DNA of 64,000 nucleotides, taken from assembly GCA_973895155.1 (NCBI GenBank), contig OZ316896.1, positions 5,818,166-5,882,165 on the forward strand, written 5' to 3'. A program made the position numbers and the translations under genes. Below, one piece after another: positions 1 to 13,778 of this stretch (position 1 is its first letter; each line of letters begins with the position of its first letter). This stretch comes from Marsupella aquatica. Taxonomy: Eukaryota; Plantae; Marchantiophyta. A model generated the notes under the pieces. It was not told where the DNA came from, did no database searches, and saw only the letters and a program-made list of their open reading frames with translations.

Positions 1-2931
1 GCAGTGTGTGATAGTTAAATATATATTTTCGGCTAGGTGTGACATGTTTTGCACTTCAGAAGCTTCACCAGGTGGGCCCTGCACTTTCAGCCCCAGTCCA
101 AAGGCACCAAACGAGCTTCAAAAACATTTCCTGGACGAGGATTGTTCTTTCCCAACTTCAGAAGTAAAAAACCATCTGCGTGCCATTTCGTTTCTTTCCG
201 GTTTGAGACCTCAACACATGATCACTCTGTTCAAGACGTGGGCAGCTTATAAGATGCTGGAAACCAGAGCAGAATTTGGAACAAGCTACCGAGGTGGAGA
301 TTGTGATGTCATTCTGACTCCAGTTATGATACTGGTATTTTATGGCGCAAGCGGATTGGCTTGAATGAACATGGAAGTCGCAATCACGTGACCGGTCGAG
401 GATCTCTGAGTCTCTATGGTGTGGGTGCGACTGACTTTCGGATCGCACACGCAATCATTATCGATTGTACAATGACTTTTTTCAGCGGGATGACGGATGC
501 AGGAACTATTGACAAACATATTTAGGCGAGATAAATTGCGTCTACCGTGAAGTACTGGAAACATGGGGAAGGAAATTGCATGCCCTTCGCGCTCTTGGTG
601 TAAATTATGTCCAAATAATAGCAGAGTACTCAGCACAATTCAGTTTTCATGTCGTAGTGTTTGCTCCAGGCACGCAGACGACCAATCAGGTTGGGTGGTC
701 AGATACATTGGAAGGAGTTTGAAAGCCTAGGACTCCTAGGAGATACCAATATTTGACCGCAAGACACAACTTTGACTGGACGGTGTGAGACAGAGAGAGG
801 ATTCTATGTGAATTTGGTGGGAGCCTCTCCTTTCATAATGTTAGGACTAGAATTAATGAGATTGTACTTGTTGACGAAGATGACGATGTGTCAACGCAAA
901 TGAATTATCGTGAGTCGATTTGCAATATTGATTAAAGGTTTAGGAAATCAAGGGTCTATGTGAAGGTCGAACAACAGGAGTGGTAGACAAACAAAGTGCT
1001 GCTGTTTTCTCCACTTGAGAAGTAGTCTACAGAATCCATTCGACCTATTCATTGCATAAAAAACGACTGCAGTTTCTTAGTTCAGATCACTCGATCTACT
1101 TCATTGTCGCTGATCGATTTGACTGCGATCGCTACGATTCAAAGATGGTGTAACCCATGTGGATACAGAAACAGACCACAAAAAGAGTGAAACACTTTTT
1201 TCGTCGAAGTGGACTTTCCCAGAAGGAGCCGAGAGTGAACTATTATCTTCCTCATGATTTCTAAAATTTCTCGGAACTCTGGTTTCAGCTCAGAGATGAG
1301 TCCTCGTTCTCGTCATCTGGAGTCTGAGACACAGATAAAGTTGATTCTGTATAGCAAGGGTCCAAACTTGGGGAGGCGCGGACTCCTTCGGTATGTTAGT
1401 ACTGTAGCATGTCTGGTTTTTAGTGCGAGAATGCAGCGAAAGGACGTTGGATTCCCTCACAATTGGCAGGCGAGAGAAAACGACCACCAAATACTTCAGG
1501 GTCTGGTGTTATGACTTTGAGGTGCGAACAGTAGGTGCTATTAGTGTTAATGAGCGGATTGCCGTCCCCTATCATCAGAGCTATGTAGTAAGGAATCTCA
1601 GACCTGGACATTTCACTAGTTTCGGTCAAAAGTTTTACGCCTGAAAAGCGTCCGGAGTTGTGTAGCCATTAGTGAACTCTCTTAAATTTCGCAGAAAAGC
1701 AAAATTCCTAAAATTCACCATGATCACAGAGTTACGGTTACATACACAGAGTAGTGGTCACTTCACACACCACCATCGACCATTATAGCTAGAGTTGGAG
1801 ACCAGTAAAGTCGATATAGGTTAGAACCTAACTTTCTCGGAGACGGGTTAACAGTCGCGAAATCTTCGCCGTGACTTCGTAACCTCACACAAGCATTACA
1901 CTCAGGTCGATGGCAGGCGAGTACATTGGGTGAGAAAAACATGCCGGATGGATTGAGCAGATAACCAATCAGACCCCAACAAATAGAGTTCAGTTCTAAT
2001 AAGTGCCTGAAATTCTAACTGAACGAAGCTCTTCACATGAACTTGAGTTAGTCGGATCCTGATTAGTCCTGAAATACTGTCCATATTCACCCTATCTCGA
2101 TCGATCTTCCGACTCAATGCAAGTGGCCAGGTCAAACTTCTAGGATCACCCCTTGTGTAGCCAGAATTCCTTCTGGTTCAGCTGAAATAACCGACAAATA
2201 CGCCACAAGCCCTTCGTAGACATCAGGATTCACTGCTGAGAACGAAAATAAGTGCGAACAGCACTCAAATATTGCAGGAAGTACAAGCTCATCCAACATC
2301 ACATCTTCCGTTACTGATCGAGAACAATTTGAATGTACAAATGGAAGAAACATTGACCTTGACTACCATCTATCTGAAGTAATGGCCAATTGTTTTTCTA
2401 GGCAATTGAAATCATCTCAGCTCTGAATCATAACACTCCCGTAATCTATTATAGCAAGAATACAGATCTTGCCAGACTGCAGCCAAAGACCCCTTTTAAT
2501 GTAAGTTACCTTTCTGATCCCCACTATCGGAATAACCTGTATTTACATTTTGTGTCTTAAATCTGGCCTGTGATATAAATGACGAAGAAATGCGTCTTCA
2601 TTTTTGAAGCCATCAAAACGATTAAAATCGGCTATTTTCGAGCTGCTACACCCTGCTGGATGTACGTAAATAAACTGCGCAGAGGACAATATGTCAAAAA
2701 TGGTATTGGCTATATATGCTGAGATCCCTTTCAGTGGACGCGTTTGCTCGATGGCTGAATTGTGAAGTGTCGTTTTCGGAGAATCAACCACGACGTGAAC
2801 GTAATAGGCTCCTTCCACTTCTCGAACTAAGTTGAGGAAATCTTCAGAGAGTCATGAAGATCGCTACCAGGAAAATCTTCAGGCGATAATGAAGATTGTA
2901 CTGCAGAGATGGAGTCTGTTCGGACTCAGAC

Positions 2932-3918
2932 CTACCTTTCCAGTGAGATGGTAGTCATGCCCTGCATATCAATGGCACTCTCCACACTATGGGTCCCGTC
3001 ATCTTGTGAACTTCTCGGTGATTGAGCAGCTTCAACGTCCTTCAGGTTTTGGGCTCTCTCCTCATGTGAATTAGCCTTGAGACTGCTTAGGAGAGGCTCA
3101 TATTGAACCTGCTTGCTACTGTGGTGATACATCATGCTCACATACAAGACGACCGCAAACAAGAGAACAGCAACTAAGTACCAGCTGAAGTAGAGATTGG
3201 CAAGAGCCTTGGCCCTCATATCTGCCTCATGGGTACCACATCTCACCTCGGAGGTCGCATGCTCAGCTACTATCTCACAGCCCGTCGGGACTAGAGAAGG
3301 AACATACAGAGTAAGGCCCATCTGAATAAACCAGAACCCCTGGAATATAACTGAAGCAGCTCTGACGAAGGATACTATGAAGACCTTCGGTGCGGCAATT
3401 TCGAGCATAGCAGCAAAAAGCCCCACGATGATGGGCAATTGCAGAAGCCAATGGTAGTGCCCCTCTAGGCCCATGTGATCAGCGGAATGGAAATGAAACA
3501 GCATCAACTCCTGGCTGAAAGCGAACGCTCCCATAACATGAAGTACCCCCCTGGGCAAGTGAATTTTCAGAGCGTCGCTGAGTAGGCATGTCACTCCGTA
3601 GAAGGCAAAGAACAGCGAGATAGTGGAGTGCTCAAAATTATTCAAGTGGTAGCGGGGGATGGACCAGTCGTCAGCGAATGGTTGGTGCTTCGCCGGACAT
3701 ATGAACAGCTCTGCAGCTATCGAAGTGAACGATCCGAAAATAATGGCGTAAAGCTCCAAATATTTCAAATATTTTCCTCGCCATCTCGTGGGGAACCAGG
3801 GCTTAGATTGAAAATTCCAGGGGCCTTCGACGTAGTTCCTTACTGTGTTGAAGAGATGCCATAGGCCAATCAAAACGAAACCAAATCCAGGCAAAATATG
3901 TCCAATAAAAGTTCCCAT
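2932..3918 (-). CDS. TMEM45/DUF716-family multi-pass membrane protein (328 aa, single coding exon)
   Basis: ORF starts MGTFIGHILPG and has several hydrophobic helices plus family-typical motifs (LNNFEHSTISL, FHFHSADHMGLEGHYHWLL, FQGFWFIQMG). A probable 5'UTR intron spans 5033..3934 (minus-strand donor GTGAGC; acceptor GCGCAG just upstream of the ATG). Confidence 0.9.
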   Translation of the reverse strand: MGTFIGHILPGFGFVLIGLWHLFNTVRNYVEGPWNFQSKPWFPTRWRGKYLKYLELYAIIFGSFTSIAAELFICPAKHQPFADDWSIPRYHLNNFEHSTISLFFAFYGVTCLLSDALKIHLPRGVLHVMGAFAFSQELMLFHFHSADHMGLEGHYHWLLQLPIIVGLFAAMLEIAAPKVFIVSFVRAASVIFQGFWFIQMGLTLYVPSLVPTGCEIVAEHATSEVRCGTHEADMRAKALANLYFSWYLVAVLLFAVVLYVSMMYHHSSKQVQYEPLLSSLKANSHEERAQNLKDVEAAQSPRSSQDDGTHSVESAIDMQGMTTISLER

Positions 3919-5544
3919 GGCTTCAGCGATTCCCTGCGCTCAATCACAAACACCACGCACATCAGTACCCCAATTTTGGAGTAACGAATTTGTGGAATTT
4001 TCCCGTCTCTTTTCTGTCCATGGTAGACACTGAATTATTTATACAAATTTCTTGCCATCTTTCAGCAAGGCCCCAAAATCTCACAAAAGATTTGGGTCCT
4101 TGCGCTCATCGCTCATTGGAAACTAATATGACTTCCCTGTTATCTCGTTCACACAACTCCAGACCATGAACCACAACCTGCTGTGCAAGTTTTCAATTTG
4201 CTTTGGCCAAAAAGTGATTCGCAAGGCAGAGGGGTAACAGCTAGCGACGCACATCACGGTAGTATCCCTCATGACTGGACAATTTTTCATATTTCCTCTC
4301 ATCTACCACTGGGATTATTTTTATGGTCAACTGTTAGCCTTCCACACCCTCCCGCTCTTTTTCTTCCTCACCGACAGGTCTGCTCTGGCGAAAAAGCTCA
4401 GACAATTCAACTCGAAAACAGGGGAATTGGACGACTGCAAAGCTCAAAGTTGGGCTTTGTCCCGTCAGATAGTGTATCAACTCTCTAAAGTCCCATATAC
4501 AAGATTCGCCGTCAAAACAAATCACATACCACAGAGACAGAGAATTACAGAAACCGACTCTACCAGAAACCACCCAGTGTCGTAAGTTGTAAGGAAACAG
4601 TGAATCAAGTTCCCACCTGTCAACAGACTGAAGATTGGCACAACCAAATCAATGAAGATTGGCACAACCAAATCAATGAGACAGCTGAACCGGCTTCCTA
4701 GCGAAGATCCGCGACGAGATCAAAAACAGGGAAAGCTCGTTTGGAGCCCTGAATCACGTCTCCGTGCCGATGCCAGCATCCAAAGCTTACGCTTGTCCTC
4801 CCGGACCTTCTTTCCACAACAGTTTTTTGAGGAAGGTACAATCTAACCCAACACACAACGTAGTGAGAACGACCTTCCCAACTTGGAATTTTTCATTCCT
4901 TTTCGCCAAATCGATCACTGTCCGTTACTCAGTTGTGCTGCGACTGGTACCGGGAATGGTGGTGCTGAGCAGAAAGATGAACGACGACGGCACGTGCACT
5001 AGTAGCACTAGTAGTGCTAGCAGGCTAGCTCACAGAAGCGGCCTTCAGGATTGATCGGCTGCAGCAGCCGCAGCAGCTGAAACTGGGAGCTCGCCAGGGG
5101 AGGAGGAGGTTGTGGCGTTTCTGATTCTGCGAAGATCTGGAGGGGAGCGGAGGGAATTTGAAGGTGGCAGATTGGTGGAAAGGCAGGGCGATTTCGTAGA
5201 GAACAAGTACAGTAGTTGAAGCCGGACGAGGAATTTCGGGGGCGCAGCCATGCAGAGCAGGAATGATGAATGCCAACCCGTCAGCGAGAAAGGACAGACA
5301 AAGCCTCCTCCAGAATTCTCTGGAATTTTTTTGGGGCAGTCTGATCCTGGCCTCTAGGCATCGCTCCTGCTCCATCTGAAGGATCTGAAGGAAGGCCCAA
5401 TGGAAACCTCACTGGAACCAGACCGTCGAAAGGCTGACGACTGAATTCCTGGCGTTTCGCAGAGTGACGACCAGATTACCGGTTCTTTCTGGTCCATGAA
5501 TACATCTCCTGCATGGGGGGTAATCTGTTTCCCCCCTTGTTCTA

Positions 5545-6075
5545 ATCACACATCAAAATGTTGTGTGGTAATATAGTGTGCGGGGTTAATTTTTTTTCTC
5601 CCTTGGGGAAATCATACATCAAAATGTGGTAATATAGTGTGTAGTGATTGATTGAAAGAAAATTCTGAGGTTTATCATGGTATAATCACACATCAGAATG
5701 TGATAATAGTGTGTAGTGATTGATTGAAAGAAAATTCTAAGGTTTATCATGGTATAATCACCCATCAAATTGTGGTAATATAGTGTGCAAAATGTGGTAA
5801 AATTTGATTGAAAGAAAATTACGAGGTTTATCATGGTATGGATGGATGTTATATGTAGTATATGATATATGTCATATTTTGATGTTACCTAGTTCACACA
5901 GCAAAATGGGATAATATAATGTGCACTCATTAATTGAAAGAAAATTATGAGGTTTATCATGGTATGGATGAATGTTGTATATAGTATGTAGTATATGGTA
6001 TAAGTCATATTGATTTAAAGAAAATAATGAAGTTTATCATGATATAAAAAAATATTATATGTCATATTTTGATGT
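5545..6075. repeat. Degenerate ~72-74 bp AT-rich tandem repeat (about 5-6 units)
   Basis: Recurring ATCACACATCAAAATGTGGTAATATAGTGTG...TTGATTGAAAGAAAATTCTGAGGTTTATCATGGTAT; units start near 5611, 5685 and 5757, with more decayed copies to ~6075. Confidence 0.85.
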
Positions 6076-9000
6076 GCAATTAACAAAACCCCATCTTTTC
6101 AAAGGAGCGCGTCCTAGTAGATGATCCTAATTTTTTTTCTCAGAAGACCCAGTGATGAGTGCATCGAAGCCTTCATGCTCTCACTAGACCCTACTCTGAT
6201 TTTGAGGTATCTGTTTGATGAACCCCAAAGTTTAAAGGTGAAAGAAAAACAGATTACACAGAAAGGGCCAAACAAAGTACAATGAAGTGCAAACAAAAGA
6301 TGTCCCAAATGGACTAACGCAAAAAAGTAAAGTGTAATCCTGAAGGAGACAAAAAAAAAAAGGGGGAAAAGGGGGGAAATGGAGGGAAATTAGCTATCAT
6401 GGCACTACATTGATGAATCAATGTCTACATCGAAACTAAATATTCCCGGTTGGCCGGATGCATCTTTTTCGAGGAGGTATTTGCTCGATGACCTAAAAAA
6501 AATATTCTTCTTTCTTGATTTCCTGGTTGCATTTGTCTTCTTCCTTTCATTGTACATTGTTTACGTTTTTTTATAAGTTTTAATTCTTTTGCCCAAAATC
6601 AAAAGTGTCATTTGATGGAACCTGAGGTTTTGGGTAAATTGATTTAAGGTCTATGAAGGCTCTATGAACTGCCAGGATCACTTAGGGTCCCATCAAGTAA
6701 CTAACACTTTTCTTTCCTATATCCCTCTTTCGAAGCAGCGTATACTAATGTACTTTCTCAGAACTATCGAGTGAGTGTATCCAAGTCAGATTTCATTTCT
6801 TTGTTTGTTTTGCACATGGAGGGCCACCAATCTTGCGCCCATCCATTGGTTGCTCATAGAGGAGGGGGTTGTGTACGCACCAGTAAGTGCCAACACATTC
6901 TCAGGAGGGTTCATGTCAATCCATCCCTCCTTATCGTACCTACCTAATTTCTAATATAGACATAATTGTTTTTTGATATGGGAACAAGTTTACTCCAATC
7001 CCACCCAGAGATCCTAAGACACGTTTGGTGGCCTTAGGGCCCTCTTAAGTTTCCCACATCCTTCACAGAGAGGAGTTTGGGTTCCAACTTGGTTGAATGT
7101 GCTGTTTCAATTTACTGGCTCTCCCTTGTTTATTAGTTTGCTGGTCTAATTGTAGTTTCTACTTTTTCCTTATAAGTTTTTTAGAGAGGGCCAGCCCAAG
7201 CGAAATGGTGGAGAAATCGAACAAACACAAACCCCAAAAAGGGAACCTGCATGGCGAGAGGATGCAGAAAAGAGCTTGGGCAACTAGGTTCAAAGTAGAC
7301 TTGCATTAACTATAAATTCCAAAGAAGATTGAAGCATTGCTTGAACTCAAAAAGAAGTAGAGACACATTAGACCTATCCGCAAAGGTGACTGTTTTAGTG
7401 CAAGTTTTAATGAAAGTTCAATTATATAGAACTTATCTGCAAACTTGCTTAACCAAGGATGAAGTCAAACTCTATCATGACAAATGTGGCACAATAGGAG
7501 AAAAACTGCATGAAAGGAAATTTCTAAAGATTACTCCATCACTTACTTCTCCACACTTTGACATTCATAGTCTCACTTAATGTCTAATGGAATCTGATGT
7601 CTCATATGTAATACTAACCTAGACATCTAAGTTTTGCTCAACCCATGGTTACCTTTCCCACCTGTTGCCTTAACCCAAAACTTGCTGTTCTCCCAGAGCT
7701 AGTCACATTCTAGAGGTCTCACTCTAGCCCATAAGCTCCAGAGTGTAGCTTTTGATCACAACTTATAGTTGGGTATGAGTAGGGAAGAGGGACTTGCTGC
7801 AGTCCATCTGGGTTGCAAAAGTCGGTCCATGGAAAACATGGGGGTCCATCCGAGCTTCAATTTAAGAACAAATACTCAGCAAGAAAAACCAAAATGCAAT
7901 GCTCGCTAGTGTCATCTGATGGTTCTATCTTTGCCTTGTTCCTGGAACGTGAATACCATCGCTGTAAAATCATTCAGAAAATAATAAATCATTGAAAAAA
8001 TTGGTGCCAGGTATCAAAATTAGACCTCCCAAAGTATGTGGGCAGTTTAGGGAAAGGGAAGAAAAATTAAATTCCAAATGTGATAACCTTAAAAGCCTTA
8101 TATGACGCCAAATGCTTTGAGACGGTGGTATGTGTTCAAACAACAAGAAATACCCGCCAAAAAGTAGCTTGAGAGAACTTTTTGACTTGGAAACGTTGTA
8201 ATGGCTACCCCACCAAAGTCTAGAAGCAAGTAAATATATAGAACTTTCTGCCACTAAAAATGCTAACCAAGTGACCACGGTATGTCAGTATGTACCAGCT
8301 TATTTTTTAAAGTTTCTCTTTTTGAGCCGAAGTGGCTCATGTCAGCCGGTGAGGAGAAGATTCTATGAATTTCCTTATCTAATTACCTATCTAATTATAT
8401 CCCCCTAGATAATAGGTGAACCGTGGGAATATGGTTGGTGGAAAACGGCTACTTGATGCTAAAAAAGCTCGTTAATTTTTTGAATACGTTTTAGTGGGGT
8501 GAAATTTGACAAATTTTCACTTAAACGACCATGTCCTGATGCCCCGAAGCATCACCTGGTGCATCCAGGATACCAAAAGCAATCATTAATGTACTTAAAC
8601 AAAGTTTTTAAAATGCATTATTTTGTCTTCACCGAAACATCACCTGCCGTAGTGCATCCAGGTCTCAATAAAATGAAAAAGTACATTATCTTTGTCATCC
8701 CTTACCAGTACCGCAGTCCCGTGAAAGACCGGGAACTGAGTGCCCTATACGACAATATAGCAGCAGTGTAGTGTAGTACCTCAGAACGGGAAATTCGCGC
8801 GCAATTTCTTGCATTCGCTCTGATTCCCGTCCCGGCACTTTACCGGGAGCATTCCCGACCCGGGCGACACGGTAAATCTATGTTTGGAGGTGCGGCTTTT
8901 GAAAGCGCGCTTTTACCGGTGCGCTTTTGCCTTTTGCCTTTTGCCGGTGCCCTTTTGCCCGTACAACTTGTGTTTTGCCCGTACAACTTGTGGGTCCCTG

Positions 9001-9182
9001 ATCTGTCCGAGGATCGTTTACTTCGACACGTCCTCACGTACTTTGCTCGTTTTTCGCGCGGCTTGGGAAGTTTCCCTGATCTTCCAATTAGAATTGTCTT
9101 GGAATAGATTGAATTGTGTGATTTCGTTACAAAGTACAGAATACAAACTAAACTTGGTGGGACAAATATTTCCTCCCTAGTA

Positions 9183-9483
9183 GGGTCTCTCAAAGTTAAA
9201 CGTTTTTGTTCCCAAATCACACCCGGTAATTCCCTGGTGTGTCCGGCTATCAGGTGGTCGGCCCACCGATTTGGTGATCGGTAATTCCACACTTGATTTT
9301 TAAGTGACCCAGACGTCCATGAAGACTGTACAGTTTGATGTGACAATTTCTGGACTCAGTTTAGGATTTCAGAACCCCTTTTTGTGACACTTGATTTTGG
9401 AACCCGGTTTGCATTATTGGGCGGCAACCGGAGGTATGGTGGTGACCGGAAGGAGCCCAAAAAAGTGGAGATTTGAGACACCC
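9183..9483. mobile_element. Non-autonomous TIR element (MITE) of the GGGNGTCTCAA family, copy A
   Basis: Left end GGGTCTCTCAAA, right end TTTGAGACACCC (inverted, 1 mismatch). TAGTA lies directly on both sides (9178-9182, 9484-9488). Confidence 0.7.
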
Positions 9484-9840
9484 TAGTACTTGAACACCAG
9501 AAAACTATTTGAAAATACAGATTTAAACAAAATATTTGGGCTTAGAATCTCTTGGGATTGTGTAATTTAGCTACAAAGCCAACTAAAACGTAAATTGGCA
9601 CTGTCAGCAGTACTCAGGAAACAAGGAGCAAGCTATGATAGGTATCATTTGCAAGAGGCACAGACAAGATTTCCAGCAGAGTGTTAGAAGGGATGATTGT
9701 TAGGGACTGATTCACTTTTCCAAGGGAATTTGTAAGATGCAAGCAAACAGTAATTTTTGCCAACCAGGGAGGGTAGTGCTAGCAAGGGAGAGTCAAGGTT
9801 TGCATGGCTATCTTTCAAACATAGAAGGGAAAAGAGCCCA

Positions 9841-9968
9841 GAGAGGCATGTCTGAGTGGTAGCTCACTTGAATGGAGACTCATAGGTTAGGTTTTGGGTT
9901 GAAATGGTGTGAATGACTGTTCCCTTTCAGTGGGGTTTTACATATTTCTCCTTAAAAAATTAAAAAAA
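9841..9968 (+). mobile_element. Possible degenerate tRNA-derived SINE
   Basis: A-box-like TGTCTGAGTGG, a weak B-box-like GGGTTGAAAT and an A-rich tail at ~9954-9968. No clear TSD. Confidence 0.25.
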
Positions 9969-12900
9969 CCATAGGAGGGAAAAAAACAGGCCTCTGAGTT
10001 TTTATAAAGCTCCCCTTAACCTAGGTACACTGGTACCAGCACAGTAAATCAGCACAGGTACCAGCACCATACTGTAAATAGTCGCACCCCAGAATCTAAC
10101 TATAGGATTGCCATCAAAAGCTACTCTCAGGGCCTATGGTTCTAGAGTGAAGCCTCTAGATCATGACTTTAGGGGTGTAACCAAAGGTGGGGGTGCAGGC
10201 TGGACAGAGGGGTTTGGGCAAAGTCACTAGAAAACATTTCAATGTTACTTTTCAACAAACTTAAATGTCAAGAAAGGAATCCATTTTTTCACAAGGTCTT
10301 GTTCGTCACCACGTCTATTTACAAGGAACAGGTTTGAATGTCAAGAAACAAGTAACGAATGTATTTTTTCACAAGCATGCTTTTTTAATATGCTTTCAAA
10401 TAACCGGCAGCAAGGCCAGTAGAACATATATTTTTGTGCTGTCGGGAAGGGAGACTGATCCTAGTAGTGCAGGCGTCATCGAGCACACTAACCCAATAGC
10501 GCACTCTCGTTCATGAATCACAGAGAGCAGGGTTGGAGAAGGAAGACTTGGAAGGATTGCACCCACATGGCTTCTCCAATACCAAAGTTCGTTGATTTTT
10601 CTAGCATGAGACCTACCAACTGGATTGTGCTGTGGCCCCACAGCCAGATTCAGGTTGTAGCTACCCACGACTATGATCTTCAAGCTGGTGATGCCTGCTG
10701 CCATCTGCATGGCCTCGATTCGTCGTGTCCTTCGTCGTCGGAATGGTGAAGATCGGTAGGATTCTACCTCCAGAGGACTTCATGCAGTGAATTGAAGACC
10801 GGAGTCAACTTACTTTCGAGAATGATTGAGATGAGAATTCATGCCTGAGCAGAGCACTGTTGACGAGCAGAGCAGGATGTGGATTGCGGAAGAATGAGGG
10901 CTGCCAGAAGAATTATGTCACTGACCAGAGTCAGCAGCGTCAACTTCTGATCCGTCCTATGGATCATTGATTGATATGGAGAGCAAACCTTGCTACCTTT
11001 GTCTGTTCTTTATCATTGAGAATTTGTCAACGATTTACGAAAAGAGATCAGCGCCGGAGTGGCGAGAGAATTAAGAACGACGACCCCAAAGCACTCATTC
11101 AGTTTTCCAGGAGACTAGCAACATCGCTCGGTGATAATTGCGGAATGCTTGTCAGGATAACTAATTATGAAAACGTCATTGATTGAGTGCCGAGTGGTTG
11201 GTTTAGAGTAATAAAAAAATCTGGTCAACTGAGTGCTACTCATTGAAAATTGGCCCCGCTCATCGATCCGATTCATCTTTCTAAAGGAAGTAATCACTAG
11301 ATGCAGTCTTTGAATCTGGAAATCGTTTGCTGGTCTATGGATTCGTCCATGCATCCAGAGGTAAGTCCAAAATTGAGGAGAAATAAAGAAGGAGCAGTTC
11401 ATACAATCCGTTCCCTGTTTTCTTTCTTACGTTTCCTTTGAAAGAGTTTAGGACTTTAGAAGCTTCTGAAGTGTTCCTTGCGGCTTTCTATCGTAAATTA
11501 AAAATATATAGCTATAGAATTTTTTGCCTGTTGCTATGATCGATTCTTTGACGAATAAAGTAGATACATTTAGTGTTTTTCGGTTGACACACCTGGAAAG
11601 TGTCCTGACTCATATATAGAACATGCAACTACATTCCTTGGGGTGTTCCTCCATTGAGAAATTCCTCCGGATATCGGTTACCTCGGGATCACTGTCATGC
11701 AAGAACATCCTTTTCCCCTGATCCTTCCTTTCTAGTATTCTGCATTTTATCCGCAACCGAAGGCAGATAGATAATAGAGAAGTGCCGAACTCTGTTCAGC
11801 CAGCACCTCCCAAAATCATGACCTTCCTTGCATTTTCTGGAAATCCTTGAACTGGACGCGACATCATTTGCAGAGAAATAAACATCCCTCTATCAATTGG
11901 GAACTTGGAGTTCACATACTCAAATTTGGAGTGCCTGCAGATACCCCTGCAAAGATCTGTACCGATTAAAATTTGGTACACGAGTACCACTGGTTTTACC
12001 CCCACTCTTCATTCTCTGGAGCTCATTCTCACATGGAGAACTGGTTTTGGTGTTCTGCCGACTTTCTCAAAGTTGGTAATAATTGACATGGTTTATGTCT
12101 TGAATATGCTTCCAGAAGTCATTTGGGTTGCACAATGGTTTCACAGACTATCCCAACTTAAAGTGCTGCATTGTGCCATGGTCACAACTCACACGACCGT
12201 CAATGGACACATGGTGCACAGTTTCTTCTCGCCAGAAGAATGACGTGCGTTGGCTCGGGCCTATGGATGGTTCATCTCTATTTCTAGTATTTCGATTCGT
12301 CTTCTGATGGGGCCCTGGATCGTGTCTTAACTGTAATGACACAATAATTCTCGTTATAGAGGTGAAACACTTCCATATGAAGCAACTTCCGAGTTCAATA
12401 GAGCACTTGCTAGTCTACTTCAAGAACGATAGACAGAATAACAGAGCCAGGCGAGGAACCTCTCTTCATGTCCGAAGTGGTGAATCTGTGAAAGATTTAA
12501 GTAGGGATAGTTACATACTTTGATAAGAACTGTTTGCCGAACCCTAATGAAATAGCGAAAATTATAAGCTGAAATCCACATGGAAAAAGATAGAGTTCAA
12601 CGATCAAGTAATCCTCTTGGTCACATCTCCAACAGTCACTAGTGTCCTTCGTTCGAGAAAACCAGAGGATCGTCATTCGCTTTAACCCTCGGTTTCACAC
12701 TATGGGCATTGAGTGTGTTCATTGTTGCAAAGTTGAAAACTTAACGACCTTGAAAACCATTTCTCACAGAAAGTATACCCAAAACAATAATCATTTGGAT
12801 CGTTGGACAAGGCTATTTTGGTTCTGTCTACGTTGCCTTATGGAACGCCCTCAAAGTTTCAGGGCTGTTTGGTTTCAAACAGGCGCTCTGTGGCATAACA

Positions 12901-13778
12901 TTCATATAATCTGGCAAGTAGTGTACCCCTTCCAAGCAATGGACTCAAACCAGTCAGATATAATGTACCCGACTCATTACGTGGTCACACGATCTCAAGC
13001 ATTGCTCTGACAGAATGCCTTTTACAATGGCTCCATCCAATGGCTCTATCCAAGCCGTACTTCCTGCAGCATCAGATGCAGTCATCACGTACACGATTTC
13101 ACAATCAGGACTCTTACGATAAAGCTCAAAATTTGAGACTGTTCCCTCGTCTAGTGCAACGTTTCTTGTTTCTTCCCCGTCCATCGTGGAGCTTCAAGTG
13201 AAAGCCCCAACGGGTCTTTGAATGGCGGATCAAACTGTTGTCACTCATTCCTCTCCCGAAGGCTTTGCGAACCAAAGGTGGAATGAGTTAAAGTCTATGT
13301 GTTTCCAATTTGCGTCCAACGCACTTTGTGAGCTTGCGCCACGATCGGGGTCAGCTAGATGCTCACATTGACTCCTCTCGTGAACTCTCATAGTCGGGCC
13401 CTCTGATCCTAGTCGGGCTGTGTTCACTAAGGGCAGGATTCTTGGCAGTAAACCGAGAAAGGAGTTCAAGGTTTCCATGACGGACTGCCATGGCGGGCCT
13501 GAATTTCAAGATCATCTTATAAGGCGTTATTTTACCGTTACTTTCATTTACAATGACTAGCTCATGCTTCTGCTTGTGAAACTTTCCGGAATGCCCAGAT
13601 TCGTAACCGTTGAAATGCCTCGCATCGGAATTGAACGACAATGTAAGATGTAAGTGAGGAAATCTGATGGGGAGATACGCGCGATTAAACGAGGATGGGG
13701 TTGCGTGGAGAGCAGTCATCACCATGCATTAGTCCATGAATAGTTAGCTGTTAGGCCGAGTAGGACCTGTCAACCATG

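Noticed and set aside
8840-9346. 168-aa minus-strand ORF
   Set aside because: It crosses a MITE boundary and low-complexity repeats; no recognisable domain.
10531-10583. pre-miRNA hairpin (GGTTGGAGAAG/CTTCTCCAATACC)
   Set aside because: The stem is only ~11 bp, too short for a miRNA duplex, and matches no conserved plant miRNA I know.
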